Shown piece by piece: positions 36,301 through 50,398 of a stretch of DNA of 64,000 bases. Within the stretch, counting starts at the first letter, position 1. Every line of letters starts with the position of its first letter. The stretch spans positions 6,910,358-6,974,357 of the forward strand of contig CAJINV010000004.1 of NCBI GenBank assembly GCA_905178155.1. The letters run 5' to 3'. The position numbers were made by a program, and so were the translations under genes. The notes beneath the pieces are model-generated. The model searched no databases and had not been told where the DNA came from. It saw nothing but the letters and a program-made list of their open reading frames with translations. Source of the stretch: Amoebophrya sp. A120 (taxonomy: Eukaryota; Protista; Dinoflagellata).

Positions 36301-37759
36301 TCATCTGCTGGTCGCGAATCATGTTTATCGCGTTTTGCGACATCGAACTCGCCGTGCGGACCTTCTTTTCGTTTAGCTGAACTTCGTTTTCTTCCTCCTC
36401 TTATCAACTGCAAAAGTATCGTACTCGTATAAATGCATCACAAATTTCCTCAGCATGAGAAGTAAAATTTGTAATGCGGATTTAGCACAAGAACAAGATT
36501 TGTAATGCATGATTGCAATACGAGTACGATACTTTTGCACAGGATACCTCTTCGTCGTCCTCCCGCTCCTCGACCTCAACGGTCAACTCGTCAGATATGG
36601 CGTTCTCAACTGTTACATTCTCAACTGTTACATGAGTTTGTGATGCAAGCATGGCGAAAGTGAAAGGGGGAAGCTTGCGCCTTTTGCATTACAAATTTGG
36701 CACAGAGTTAGATGCTGTTTAGCCCTTCGGATATTTGTCATGCGAAGCAGCTTAATCGTGGCGATCTTGGTGGCAAATTTGCATGACAAATCATGTAACA
36801 GCTGAGAATGTAACAGTTGAGAACGCCATATCAGAAGTCAGAATGCCCACGAACCACCTGATAAAAAGGGGGATGATTTTGCTTATCAGAAGTAGATCAA
36901 GATGCATGACAAATTTCTTCGTTCATGTAGGAAATCTCGTCTAGCTTGACCTTTCATTTGAGGGTTGTGGCAGTAGTCCTCTCAGGGAGATGAAACAAAG
37001 TAAGCGAAATTTTTACACAACATCATTCTAAAAAAAACATCTATCTGATAAAAATCAATACGCAATAACCCCGAACGTGACGACAAAGGTGCCCAGCATG
37101 CTGAGCCCGTAGCGCTCAAAGCAATCCCCATAGCCCTTTTTCTCCTCGTACACGCACTGTCCGTAGTGTTTACATTCCACGCCGAAAATGATGAATTCCC
37201 CGACCGTGAATAGAATCGCCGCGGCCAAGTCCCAATTGAAGTTCGCTAGCCAGTTGTAAAACCACAAAGATTTCTGCTTCTCCAGCACCTCATCGTCGTA
37301 CGACTTGGCTTTCCGGGTGAGCAGCACGGAAAAGAGCGTCACCAGCGTGAAAAAGCCGACGAAGGCGGCGACGGACGTCCAGGCCAAGGCGGCTTGGCCC
37401 GGGAGATTGACGTCGGTTGGGAACGGGTCTGCGACGGGTAAGGAGCCTTGCCCGGGATCTTGCTGATGGGTCTGCCCTGCCGCGGCCGCGTGGTTGATTA
37501 TGGCGTGGTGAATTGTCGATGTACTTGAATCTGGGACAACTCCTGTGCCTCTCGTGACGTCGTGACCATGTTCTTGTGCGATCACATGACTCGTCACCGG
37601 CGCGAGAAACCCGCCGTTGCTACTTCTAGCTGCTGCAACGCCTGCTCCTGCCCCCGCTGCGGCGGTGGATACAAGAATCTGCTGCCCCTCGTGAGAGGGG
37701 AATGGCACACCGTCAATGACATCGACGGTAGGTAGATGCGCAGTGACTTCTGGGCTCAT
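33362..37759 (-). CDS. Hypothetical membrane protein (about 3 TM helices) with long N/G/Q-rich tail
   Basis: ORF 37055-37759 has hydrophobic segments. It joins in frame through GT-AG intron 36858-37061 and 6 introners. The junction near 35450-35640 is unresolved, so this could be two genes. Confidence 0.55.
33770..34045. mobile_element. Introner family C
   Basis: TSD tttgg/tctgg. Confidence 0.85.
34283..34578. mobile_element. Introner family C
   Basis: TSD ggagc/ggagc. Confidence 0.88.
34636..34860. mobile_element. Introner family G
   Basis: TSD tcctc/tcctc. Confidence 0.88.
34984..35131. mobile_element. Introner family B
   Basis: TSD ttcgg/ttcgg. Confidence 0.9.
36402..36546. mobile_element. 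Introner family B
   Basis: TSD cctct/cctct. Confidence 0.92.
36596..36830. mobile_element. Introner family F
   Basis: ~40-bp TIR containing a tandem ttctcaactgttaca; TSD tcaga/tcaga. Confidence 0.93.
36858..37061 (-). other. Canonical GT-AG intron
   Basis: att gc|GTATTG...TTTTTATCAG|g tgg; in frame (VIAWFVGIL). Confidence 0.7.
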
Positions 37760-39515
37760 CGTTATTCCCGAAAAATAGGTGCATGGAAATTCTGTCAGCG
37801 CTGCGGGTTGTGTGATGTAACAGCAGCAGCGACAGGTGTTTTTTGATAGGTAAAGAACTTTTATATTGCAGTTTTAGAAGCTGCGGATCAAAAAATAGGA
37901 AGATACAAAAAAGAGGTAGTGGCGTCGGTCTTTTTTGTATCAATGGCTAAGTGAAATCATAGTAAACGATGTACTCAAGCTGCTGCTGCTACGTTCAAAT
38001 AAATTTGCAAAAGCTGCGAACTATTTATCATCGACTGAGTCTGTAAAAAGAGGACAGTGAACTGCGCGTATGCACTGTCGTGAGACTATGTTGAAAAACT
38101 TCACAGAAAAAATTGTCGCTAGAAAAAGCTAAAGCATGATGATGGCATCAAAACAGGTGCGTGGGTAATAGGAATAGGTCTAGTTGCTATGGCGTTTAAA
38201 GTTGTTTCCTAAATTTCAGCGGTTCCTGTAGTTATATGTGGGTCGCATGAAGGAAAATACTCAAAATCCGCGTGAACAATTCTACTTGCTGCAGAATGCT
38301 AGTACCTAGAAAGAGAAAGACCCGAGCCATTTAAGAGCTTCCTTCGCAATTTGCGGATCATTTTTATCACGCGCTTCTGTCCAGACCATGAGCTGCTTGA
38401 GCTACTTGATACTTCAGCTCCGGATCATATTTCTTTGGATATGCAAATGCATTTCAGGGATGATCAACACAATACAGTGCGTGGCGCTTATTTTCATCAT
38501 GGGGACCACGGCCACATCGATCCATCTGTACTAACACGAACCAGAGAGGTTCACGAAATGGATCTTTTCTTCGTTTATTTTCCGGCATTCTTTATGCTAT
38601 GTAGCACAAGAAGCTGCACAGCAATCTTCTTTTTCATCTTCTGGATCTGTCTTATTTTTTCTTTTTCCAGGGAGCAGGGTAAAACTTCCGATCCTGTGTA
38701 GCTTGCTTGCCCGAGAAATTCAAATCTTCATGCAAAGAAAACAACAACCAGAACAAGATCCAAATAAACCTAGATCAAGAACAACTGTTGATGGCTCGTC
38801 TATCTTATCATTAGTTACTGCACAACACGACCGACGAGAAACCCAAGCCGACAAAAACAGGACAAACCAGCATTCTAAAAGTTCGAGTTGAGGTGGCTGT
38901 GCCACTTCTGTTTCTGAGCGCTCAAAAAATAAATGGGGTAATTTGTGTGAAGGGGCGAGTAGTAAATAATTCCACAATCAACTCGGGCGACGTGGTATCA
39001 AATCTTGGATTTTCATCATTTTTTTGATTTTGTAAAGATTAAAAAAAGGTGGTCGTCGCTTTATTTTTTTTTGGTTTTTTGAATAACCGGAGCGAGCCAC
39101 TTCTTCTGTTTTTTTGTTCTTGAAACGAGTGTAGTTGCATGAACGGCTTTGTCCTTTCCGACTTCGATTGCGTTTGCCGTTCATGGCAGACACACAAAAG
39201 CGCCTGTTTATTGCTCGTGCAATTCTAATATTGGCCTCGAACAGGGGCGGGTAAGTAAAAACCGAGGGAGTTTCGTTATGTCAACACTTGCTATGTACTT
39301 GATAAAGTACGTGTACAACGAAGGAAGTCCTTATGTTTTCTTACTAGGTAAGCTGTTGTGCTGTGGCCTGTGTCCTCCCGCACGTTACTTGTTCCGAGTT
39401 GTAAACTAACTTTACAACGTCAACGGAGGGTTTCATTTTCCGACTATGAGTAGTATTTGAATTTGGTCGCCGGATTTTCGAAAAAGCCTTTTTTCTCTGT
39501 AACCTGCAAATGATT

Positions 39516-42500
39516 CTAATATCTCCGATATTCCGCCGGCGCCTTTCCCGCCCGTTTATGTTCACCGCCGCGGTTACTGATGTTCTTGTCGTCGTTGTAA
39601 TTGTTGCTATATTTCCTTCCCCCTCCCTTGTGTCCGTACTCGCGCGGCGCCTGCGTCTTGCCCTGGCCCTTCCCGTACTCCTGCGGCGCCCGTTGGCTCG
39701 GTCGGTTGCGCGTCGTCTTGCCACCGTTATTATAATTCATATCCTCGCGTTGATGTTCGCGTTCGTTCTTGCTGTGGTTCCGATCATAATTGTTCGAATT
39801 CCCACCTTTGTAGTTCCGGTTTGGGGAACTGTGATTTTTGTTCCCCTTGTTAGTACCATTATTCTTTCCGTAGTACTCCCTTGTAGACCCAGTTCTCACC
39901 TTACTGGTACTTCTACCGCCCCTTTCTTCATCCCGCTCGTAGTGGTCGTCCTTCCGCTCGTGTTCTCTATTTCCACCATACTCATGGTCCCGGCCATAAC
40001 CCCCTCTACTTGTACCACCTCCTCCAAAGGGGCCGCGGCTCGCTTCCTGCTCTCCACTTCCGTGGCTGCTCCGCCGGCGTAACTGTGCTGCGCGTTTTTG
40101 TTGCTCCTCCTCCTGCTTTTTCCGAAGCATTTCCACCGTTTCGTCATTTACGTACCGGTCGCTCATGCGGGCCTCCGGCGGTTTATGGAATTCTCAAGCG
40201 TCTTCACATTGTCAGCTGTCACATGAATTTATGATGTAGGAAAACCAAAACTGAAAGGGCGGGGTACGGGACGGGTAAATTGCACCTTTTGCATTACAAA
40301 TTTGGAACGGATTAATATTTCCCCGCTGTAGTTAAGCGCTGCATCGAGAACAACTTGTTGTGCGAAGTAGCTTGATCGAACGGATGGATGCTGATGGTAA
40401 TCGTAATTGGAATTTCATCGCGTGAAAAACCACACATCTAACACGCAAACAATGTAAAACGTTTGAGAACCGCTCCATACGGTTTGCTGTTGTACATAGC
40501 CTGGTACTCACGCTTGTTGCGCTCCTCCGAAGTTTCTCCCGGAACAGGACTGGCATTGTCCTTTCGTGGACGATGACCGTCATGATAAAAATCCTTATCT
40601 TTGTCATGCTTGTCCTCGCGGCGTTTGATCTCAATCTTACGTTTTTTATTACCATGCTCGTCTTTGGCGCGGTCTTCTTCCTCTTCCTCGATTTCGTATT
40701 TCGCAACACTGCCACTCCGGTTGTTGTTTCTTGTTGTCAACCCCCCATTGCGGGTCGTGGCATGATTGCGTCCGCCATTCCGCGTCGTCATGCCGCCGCG
40801 GGCCCGGTCTTTGTGGTCTCCTTCCGGAGATTGCGAAGCAGGTTTATTCTTGGACCGAGACCGTTTGTTTGTAGGACCGTCGCGTCCTCGTCCAGTATTC
40901 TGGTAACCACCAGCTGCCGCGCCCTCTTTATCTTCCTCTCGTTCCTTCCCGCGCCGCCGCCCGGAGGCCGACTTGTTCCTGCCGCGCCGGGTAGTCTCGC
41001 CTTTATTTTCCTCGACGGGTGCAGCTGAGGGCTTCTTCTTCGACGTCGCACCTCTATTTCCGCGGCTGTCGCCACGAGCAGCTGGCTTATTTTCTCCACT
41101 GTGCTTCTTGTTATTCTCCTCGCGACCTCCTTTGTTCTCTTCTCGACCACCCCGACGGCTGTTCCCGAGTTGTTTGCTGTCGGGGCTGCGTCGGCCACGA
41201 CCGGACGGTTGCTGGTGCTCTGGTTGAGGTTCTCCTTTTTCGGGAGCAAGAACCGCTGCGGCGGCGTCTTCTTCCTGAGCAATGGTTTTGTTGTCGTTTT
41301 TTGCCGGTCCGAGCTCCGCCGAAGCAGCAGGATTATTTTTGTTCGCCGGCTTGTTTTCTTTTTCAGCATCCTGCTCCTCGCCCTCGTCATCGTCGTCAGA
41401 GCTGTCATCGCTGCTGGACGACGAGGAGTCGTCTTCTTTTTTGTCTCCATCGCCGCCTACCTTCTGATTTTCCGGAGAAATAACTTGCCCCTGCTCGTCT
41501 TGCAGAGGCTGCTGCTGCCCGCTCGCCGGCGTGCTGTTGTCCACAGCTTCTTGCCCTGGGTGGTCTCCTACGGATGTCGAATTACGCTTAGTATTTCTAT
41601 CCTGCAGCATCTTCTCCTCCTGTACCTTCTTCATGGCCGCCCGCTGTAAGTCCACGATTTTTCATGCAGTGCGAAAGTATCGCACTCGTATAAATGGATA
41701 TACAAATTTCCTCAGCATGAGAAATAAAATTTGTAATGCTGATTTACCTTAGGGAAAAGATTTGTAATGCATGATTGCAATACGAGTACGATACTTTTGC
41801 ACGGGATATTTTTTCGTGTTCCACGATGTGCCGTGGCTTTTCGAAAATCGTGATGATGTTGTTACGGGCTTCCTCGATCTTTTTCAAGTATGGGAGTGTC
41901 AGGATCGAAATCGTCAAAGTTGAAAGAATCTGTAATGCAATAAAGCGATACCAGCTGGAGCCCAGTTTGCAAGTGACGCATGACAAATTTTGACAGCATG
42001 GAAATCCGATTTGTCATGCTGTTTGGACAGAGAAGACTGCTTTTGTCATGCTGTTTTAGCAGCGCTATCTCACACCCCAAACAGGCTTACAATCGGCCTC
42101 AGTTGCCTGCTCTGCAAGACAGGCCCATTGCGTCTAGCATTTTATGCATCAAACTATTTCAACTTTGACGATTTCAATCCTGACGCTTCCATATAAAGGG
42201 AATCTCGAGTAAGGAATTGTCCCCGTACCACTGGTTAAACCCTTTCACGTATCATGTGCAAAAGTATCGCACTCGTATTGCATCATGCATTACAAATTTC
42301 TTTCCTGAGGTAAATCCGCATCACAAATCTTATTTTTCTTGCTGAGGAAACTTGTAATGCATTTATACGAGTACGATATTTTTGCACAGGATATCACGTT
42401 GATGTGCAGGCTGATATTGGACAAATTGTAGATCTGCCCCGGCTCCAGGGACACCTGCGCAGCCGGGGGCGGACCGGAGGTAGATATGCAGTGCAAAAGT

Positions 42501-45500
42501 ATCGCGCTCGTAGTAATCCTCGCAGTCATGCATTACAAATCTCCATCCTAAGGTAAAACTACATGACAAATTCCGTTTGTCACGCTGAACTAATTTGGAA
42601 TACAGTTATTACAACGTACGATGCTTTTGCAGTGCATAGTAGATTTCTGCTGTTGCTGGTGTTGAACACCGCCACCACCAGTACCCTGCTGTTGCTTTTG
42701 TTGCTGTTGCGCACTACTTTTTTCCTTTGCGGCCTGCTGCTCGGTCAGCTGTTGGTGCTTCGCGTTGGTCGGCGTAGTGCGGGTGGTAGACAGGTTAGTT
42801 GTGTCCATATGATTGTTACCTCCCGGTGCGCCAACATCCATGGTCGTGCCAGCACTGCCTTCGAGGACATTTTCTCTTTTATTCACCTCCCCCTCGGCGC
42901 TTTCCTCCTGAAGATTCTTTTTCAATTTTTTCCGATCCCCGAGTTTGTCGCGAAGCAACTCTGCTTTCCGCTTCTTCAAATCATCCGTATTGCTGGTACC
43001 CGCAGCATTCATCGCCGAGGAGCAAGCCGACGCGGAGGCGGTTCCAGAATTGATGTTTTGGTCCTTGCTAGCCGTTTTCAAGGCCGCTTTTCGCTGCTTC
43101 TCGGATTCGGAATCATCGGAATCGCTAGACGACGAGGAATCATCGGAATCGCTCGAGCTTGTCGATTCCACTTTCTGCTGCTGCTTCACCGGCTGCTTTT
43201 TCTTCTTCTGCGTAGAAGTCTTGTGTTTAATATTCCCCCGCTCTTTCGCCTCCTTTTTTTTCTGATCCTGCTGTTTCTTGCGGGCTAGTATGATTTGCAA
43301 AAGTGGCGCACTCTTGAAATTTGTAATGCATTTACAGCAAATGCATTACAAATTTCCTCAGCATGAGAAATAAAATTTGTAATGCAGATTTGCTTTGGGA
43401 ACAAGATTTGTAATGCAAGACTTGCATTTATACGAGTGCGATACTTTTGCACAGGATAGCTAGTTTCTTGTCAGCCTTAGTCGCGTGCTCCTTCGAGGAA
43501 GCCGCCTTGTTACGACGGAGGTGGACGCCTGCTCCGGGGGAGTCGGATATGAAAGTGCACCACTCCCCCTTCCCCTCATTTGTATTGCATGAGCAGCAAC
43601 ACAAGCGTCGGAAAGAATGCGGGTTTTGCATGACAAATTCACCCGAGTAGATTGTAGTGCTGTTTGATCTACCAGATGAACCTGTCATGTTTGATCTACC
43701 AGATGAACCTGTCATTGTAGTGCTGTTTGATCTACCAGATGAAAGGTGCCAAGAGGCAAAGGGTGGATTTAAGTACGTATTTTGCATGACAAATGAGGGG
43801 GAGCAGGGGGACGAGTTGTGCACTCTCATATCGGACTTTTCCTTTTCCTGAGCTTTATCCACCTGCTCCTTTCGACGAACCTCGTCTTCGTCCTCCACCG
43901 CCCGCACAGATTTACTGTTCTGTTTCTCCGCGTGACGGCGACTGGAGGATCCAGGCTGTTGTATTGCAGTGAAAAATTATGCCCCCCACACCCAAAGTCG
44001 CAAAAATTTGTGATGGGAGGTTGCCAAATGAAAACTTTTTGTCATGCATGCAAGAAGTATGCATCTTTCTGATGCAGAGTCTAGGCGTGTATCCCATCGC
44101 TTGCATGACAAGCGCCACTCTTGCTGGGGTCTTTTGCAATGCAAATTTTTGCTATTCCCGCTTGAAAATCTGTGATGCTGATAGATGCAAGAGGGCGAGT
44201 GTTTCATTTGGAAAGGTTTGCAATACAAATGCTCCCAAATTCGGAGGTGGTGGCATTTTTCACTTTGATATGTTGCTCCGGAACTTCTTGCTCTTCGACG
44301 GAAGAGGACAAAACATCCTCGTCTCGCTGTTCCCGTACTTGTACCTGCTTGCGACCACTATTCGTATTCCCGTCGTTCGCTTGTTTGGCCTCGGCACCAT
44401 TATCACGCTCACGGGCGGTTCGTCGCGCTCCACCTTCCTCTTCTTGTTCTTCTCGCGGCGACCCACGGTTCTGGTCACGGTCACGGTCACGTCCACGCCG
44501 TTCTCTGCTGCGGCTGCGTTCATCCTCTTCGATTTCGTACTTTTTCGCTCCTGCAGTTTGCTGCCCGCGGCGGGAAGGAGCAACGGCGAGTGTGTCATGG
44601 CGCTGGCGCAACTGTTCCCGGTCGCGGCCCTGGCGATAGTCGTTTTTTTCCCCTTCGCGCTCTTGAACATGCGCGGCCCCGCGGCCACGAGAGTTGTCTT
44701 CTTTATTCCGCCCGCGTCGTGTGCCACCATGATGTTCTTCGTCTTTGCCGCGCCCTTTATCGCGGGGCCGATCCAGAAGTTCCTTCTCCTCGTCTGCCAC
44801 TTCTCGAGGAGCAGCGAGCGTTTCACGGCGACCACGCCTGTGACCACCATCAGCCTCGAGTTCCACGACCGAAGCGCGACGATTCTTGCGGTTCACGCCA
44901 ACTTCCTCCTCCTCTTGCAGCTCTCGGCCATGACGAGTTTTTGTTTTCTCTGCAGCATCACGCGACGTTATGACTGTGCACAACTCCCCCTCCGCCTCAT
45001 TTGTATGGCGTGAACAGCAATACAAGCGTCAGCAAGAGTGCAGGTTTTGCATGACAAATCTGCAGAAGAGTATAGTGCTCTTTGGACGACCAGAGCTTGT
45101 GATGCAAACGGTGTGTTCAAGGCATGGAGAGGAGTGGATTTGGTAACTTGCATCACAAATGAGGGGGAGTGGGAGTTGTGCACAGTCATAGACGTGTTTG
45201 CTGCACCTCGACGGCCTCGTCCTCCCGAAAGAGAGCGGTCGTTCTGCTTCTCTACAACTTCGTGATGATCATCGTCTCTCGTCCGCCGGTGACCACGGGC
45301 ACCGCGCTCCTCTACAACGTCCACCTCGCGGCGATGGGTAGAGGACGCGTTTCTGCGGGGTCGTCCACGCCCATCCTCACGATCGTCGTGTTCCTCCTTT
45401 CGAGTAGTAGTACCAGCACGGGTCTGTTGTTCGTCTTCGCGAGTCTTATTGCGCCGACGTCCACGACTCTCTTGCCGACCTCTCGTGCCTACTTCCTGCT

Positions 45501-48500
45501 CTTGATGTTGCTCAACATGATCACGAGCGCGATCACGACTGCGGCCCCGCGGCTGATCTTCATCTTCTTTTTGCGGACTCTTGTCTAGTCCTTCCCGCCC
45601 ACGACCACGGGGTTCGCGATCTTCGTTCTCCTTGTCCTTTTTACCCCGACGACCACGACGGTCTTCATCCTCTTCAACCTCGTACTGATGTTGCTTTTTG
45701 TCCCGTTGTTCCTCATGCTGCCCGCGACGATAACCGACGTCTGGCTCTTCCTCCTTAGCGGTGGATTCAACACGATCGCCCCGTTTATTGTACCGCTCAT
45801 TTTTCCGTCCAGTTCCACGGTCTGACCCCCCGCCACGACGCTTGTAATTGTCTGCATTATCCTCGATGTCTTCCCGCTGGTGCTGTTCTTCTTGGCTGCT
45901 GCGGCGATCCCGATCCCGGCCTCGGTAGCCGCGCTCGTCTTTGCTCGTTTCAGCAACACGCAGATTGTCCTCTGCTTGCTGCAGCTCACCAGCTGTCGTG
46001 TGTTGTTCACCACGGCGTTCACGCCGGCCGCGACTGTCGTCTCTAGTACCACCCCGACGACGGCGTTCTTCACCAGCAGGCTCTACTTCTCGGCCAGTTG
46101 TGCCGTCTTGCTCCACAACTTCCTGGTCCCGTTTATCTCGGCGCTCGTTATTTCCGCGACGGTTTACCTCTTCTTCCCGATCGTCGTACCGACCACGCTT
46201 GTTTTCAGCACGTCGACCACGGGCGACATCTTCTTGCTTCACCTCTTCGACCACTTCATATTGCGCCACCGATTGGCGACGCTGCGTCACTTGATCACGC
46301 CCACGACGGGGATGAATTTCTTCATCCTCGTCTTTTCGACGCCGACGATCTTGATTATTTTCTTCTTCAACCTCCTCCCGGACACCTCTTTCGTAGTACC
46401 TGCCCCCGGCGCGCCGTCCTCCACCTCCGCCGGACGCGTTCCGCCGATCGTCCCGGTTTCTAGTGGCATCTCGGGGTCGGGCGATGGCCTCATCGTCTTT
46501 ATTGTCTTTCTCTTCTTCAACTTCAACCTCGAAGCTACGACCTCGCTGGTGCTCGTCACGCCCGCGTCTGGTTTTGTTTCGCGAGTCTCGTCCCCGACGA
46601 CGGTGCTGATGACCATCTGGTCCTTCACGATCACGCTCATTCCGGGTGCCACGCTCGCCCTCACGCCGGCCGCGCGGTCCGTAGTCCTCATGATCCCGAC
46701 CACCCGCTCTTCCGCGGTCCCCGGACCGGCTGGGCGATCGGTTTTTGTCGTTTTTCCGCTGCTGGTAGTTTTTCGTCGACGCATCGTTCGGATTTTTTTC
46801 ATCGACCGTTTCCAGCAGCTCCCTGCAGATCGCCGCATCTTCTTGGTCGCCGTCGTTAATATCTCCGTCCGCGAGCTGGGCGGCAGCCTCCTTCAGAAGC
46901 TCTTTGTCTTGAGCTGCATGATCGACTCGGTCGTAGCCCTGGTACGCTCGTTGGCCACCGTACTCATGAGGAGCATCTTGCTCAACAATAAAATCCTGAT
47001 CATTGTTCTGCCTGAACGCCGACTCCGGAGCGGGCGGGGGACTGCTGTCCCACTGGTCGTGATCTCCTCCTTTTTCCTGTTCACGACCTTTGCGTTCCTC
47101 CCGGCGTTTGCGTCGATTTTCCCGGCGCTGGGCCTTGTTCTCGTCACGATGGTCGGTCACGGGCGAATGCTGCGGCTCTTGCTCTTGGTCCTGCGGCACA
47201 ATGAGGTCGCGCAGCCGGGGGAGTTCTTCATCTTGCTCAGCATTAATTCCACCATGATCCTGTAGTTGCCCAAGAACTCCTTCTTGTTCTTCCGCTGGGG
47301 ACGAAGCGTTTTGATCTCTGAAATCCTCCTCCACCATGATATCATTATCCTCCGCTTTTTTCTCTTCCAACAGCTCTGCCGGAACTTGGATCTGTCGCGG
47401 CACCGGGCGCAAGCCCCCCGTCCGGAGTCGCGGGGCGGGTTGCAGGGAAACTTTCGCGTAGCGTATCGCAAGAAAAAAAGTGTCACAGTTACGTATTGTG
47501 CTGCAGGCCAAGCAAGACAGACAAGCTCTGTCATGCCGGATATGCATACTAGGAGCCTCGTCTTGTTTTCCCGTAGGATTTCTGCATTACAAGTTTTCTC
47601 CCCCATGCAGAAAAATTTGTGTTGCTGAATAGACTACAAATATGTAACTGTAACACTTTTTTCTTGTGATATAGTGTCCTCCACCGCCAGTACTTCCCTC
47701 TTCGTCATCGGAACCTCCTTGTCCCGCTCCCGGGTAATTATCTTGGCGCGGCTCGAAGGGGCGGTCGAAGGGGTCATCGGTATGGTGGACATTGGCGTTC
47801 ATCTCGTTGTTAACCTCGGCTAGGGTACGCGGCTTGATTTGGAGATCTTGATTTTCCTGCCCGTAGTCTAATTCGTCGTCGATTTCAAAGGTGCGATTTC
47901 CAGTGCCGCGTCCGCCGATCCCAACCTCATCCGACCGTTGGAAGTTCCCGCGGCCACGCTGGTTCAGGTTGTTGCCCGTGCGTTGGGAGATGATGGCTCC
48001 GTCGCGAGACGACCGGTCGCCGGTCGTTGTGTGCTTCATCTCCTCCGCTTGGCGCCGGGACTTCAAAGTCACGCCGGCGTTGGCATCTGTGGTGCAGGCA
48101 ATTTTCAATGAATGCGTAAGGCTTTTTTGCTGTTGCAAAAACTTCTTATACAATTTCACATCCACAGTGCTGCTAGCAGATGAAGAAACATGCTTCGACG
48201 TCCCACCTCGTCCTGCAACACAGACGAAGATTCTGTAATGCTAGACTCACCGTCTGATATACCTCTGTTCCCATACCGCATTTCAGAGTCGTCATCCACC
48301 GCCGCGTATTTCTGACTTCCATAGTCATCTTCGTAGTTCGAGCGTTGCTGTCGTCATTTGCGTTCTTGTATCCATTGCCAATTTCAATTTATTCTGATGC
48401 CGAAAATGCTATGGCATTCCTGATTCAAAAATTTCAACATTTGCGAAAATGCACTGGCCGAGCACGAAACTTTTGAAGATGCATTCACTTCTAGTGATAA

Positions 48501-48889
48501 TTGCACTCTAGTTCTTCTTTAAGTACCTTATAAGCCGACGAGTAGTTCGGTTTCAGCACCACGTTTTGCATAGAGGACGCGTTCTCCTCCTCGTAATTGT
48601 CTCGCTTCCGATAATTTCCGTTGCCCTTCAGCTCGATCTTGCTGTAACTGTTATCCGTCCGCTTTTTCAGATCCACCTCCACGGACTTCGTGCGTTCCTT
48701 CTCGTAAGTCTCGTTTTCGTGAAACGAGTTGCGGCGACTGCTATTATACGCAGTGGTCCGCTGGGTCGGAGCATTGTTTTGCTGGGTCGTAGCCGTGTCC
48801 TGTTCGATGTAGCGGCCATTGCGGTTGCTGGCGTAGGTGTTGTAGCCCCGAGAACGGGCGGGATTCATGCCGTAATTGGTGCCCGGCAT
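39516..48889 (-). CDS. Hypothetical very long low-complexity R/E/G/D-rich protein
   Basis: Links ORFs 48491-48889, 47587-48165, 44968-47547, 44204-45025, 42590-43300, 40438-41655 and 39516-40166 through 9 introners and probable GT-AG introns (48348-48526, 48213-48250, ~40193-40511). No domain recognised. Confidence 0.6.
41663..41808. mobile_element. Introner family B
   Basis: TSD ttttt/ttttt; left end CAT. Confidence 0.85.
41889..42193. mobile_element. Introner family E
   Basis: TSD tcaag/taaag. Confidence 0.88.
42250..42393. mobile_element. Introner family B
   Basis: TSD tcacg/tcacg. Confidence 0.9.
42485..42638. mobile_element. Introner family B
   Basis: TSD gtaga/gtaga. Confidence 0.9.
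43289..43458. mobile_element. Introner family B
   Basis: TSD gctag/gctag. Confidence 0.88.
43548..43830. mobile_element. Introner family H with internal tandem triplication
   Basis: TSD tcgga/tcgga; tgtttgatctaccagatgaa x3. Confidence 0.9.
43962..44270. mobile_element. Introner family K (singleton here)
   Basis: Inverted repeat tat-N3-agtgaaaaa..atgcc; TSD tgttg/tgttg. Confidence 0.82.
44969..45190. mobile_element. Introner family H
   Basis: TIR tatgactgtgcacaactccc; TSD gacgt/gacgt. Confidence 0.92.
47464..47671. mobile_element. Introner family G
   Basis: TSD tagcg/tagtg. Confidence 0.88.
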
Positions 48890-50398
48890 GGTGTTGCAGG
48901 AGGTTTTGTTGCCTCTGATAGATCAAGATCAGCCTCGCGCTTGCCGTTCAAAACAATAACAAGGAATGAGCAATTATACGACAACAGAATAATAAGAAAA
49001 TGAATTCTTGTACATCGAAACAAATTTCTTGGTGAGAGAAAAAACTTCTGAAATGGGAAGTAGCTAGTGTCACTTTATCTACCGCTAAACAAAAACAGGT
49101 CGTCGTCCAATAGACAGCTGCTATTTGGGTTTGTTTCCAAGTTCAAGCTCTAACTTTTAAGTCGCCACCAGTATTTAGAACTATTTTCGGAGAAAGATTA
49201 ATGAGCAAGTAGAATGTTTGTTTAACATTTGATTTCTAAAAAAACCTTTCATCTGCCGCTTTGCCTTTACTAGAGCAAACTTTTACTCGTCCGCTGCTGA
49301 ACGTATCACGACCTCTTGCTTTTTTTAACGCGAAACAAAACAAAAAAGTGAGCTCCAAAGCAATGTCTACAGACTTCTGCATAGGATCCTCGCAACAAAC
49401 TTCGTATAACAGGATCAAGATCTAGAAATCAGAAAGCTACTATCAAAAAGTTGCCGTCTTCATGGATGTTGCCATTCGTTCTAGTAGAACTGAAGATTAC
49501 GCCGCCGGCCACACAAATGGAAATGCGGATCACCATCGACGCTCTTTGGGAAAAACTACTTCTACATCAGTGCCGCAAACACTACATGCCGGATGCCCTG
49601 GATCTGGATCCGTCCTACTACGTATCTACCCTCAAAAATGCGCAAAGTACTTAGATCGAAAAGCGAGGAGCCAGGTCTAGGGTCAATTGTGCAAAGTTTT
49701 CCCATGTGGAGATCTCTTTCTCTCCTCGCGAGCTTGGTCAAAAAAATCGCCAAGACTAGTTTTCATGCTTGTAGAAGGGGCCACCATAAGCAAGACTTCG
49801 CAGTATTGGCCTTTAGCTTCGTGTACACCATCAGCTGCTTATCCGCACAAGCCTTGATGCATTCTTGATTTTCTGCACAACGTCCGCAACGAGGAAAATC
49901 TGAGTCTGTATTGATGAACCACTCTAGTACCGTGTGCCAAGTACATGATCATGTAATTCTGATGTAGAGGTGCATTGACAAAAATGTTACAGGAAAATTC
50001 AGTTAGTTGTGAATCTATTTCAGTGTCTCTCAGAAGCAAGGTTCATTGTTCGGCATTTGCTGATTCTCGTTTTCTATTTGAAGATATACTCTACTCCAAA
50101 AAACGGTAAAAGCAAACAGCGTAAGCGGTGTGTCGTATGCATGACTTGTGAGAATACAACTTCATTGACATAGATTATATCAAAATGGGGTTCCTCGCAA
50201 GCTGACCCTGATGGGCGGCAAGACGGAAACATTTGAAGAAAAGAAACAAAATTACTGGTAGAAGATGATCTTCGCCGGGTCCTCTCACTAAAATTGTCAG
50301 TAGAGACCAAAAATCAGTAATACATCTCTGTTGTTTCCCAAGAACAGCGCCCAAGTTCTTATTCTTTTCGCACTCTACTGGACCGGTTCTTACTTTCA

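Noticed and set aside
45880-47265. Long hydrophobic plus-strand ORFs (also 39510-40082, 42563-43288, 43979-45013)
   Set aside because: Antisense shadows of R/E/K-rich minus-strand exons.
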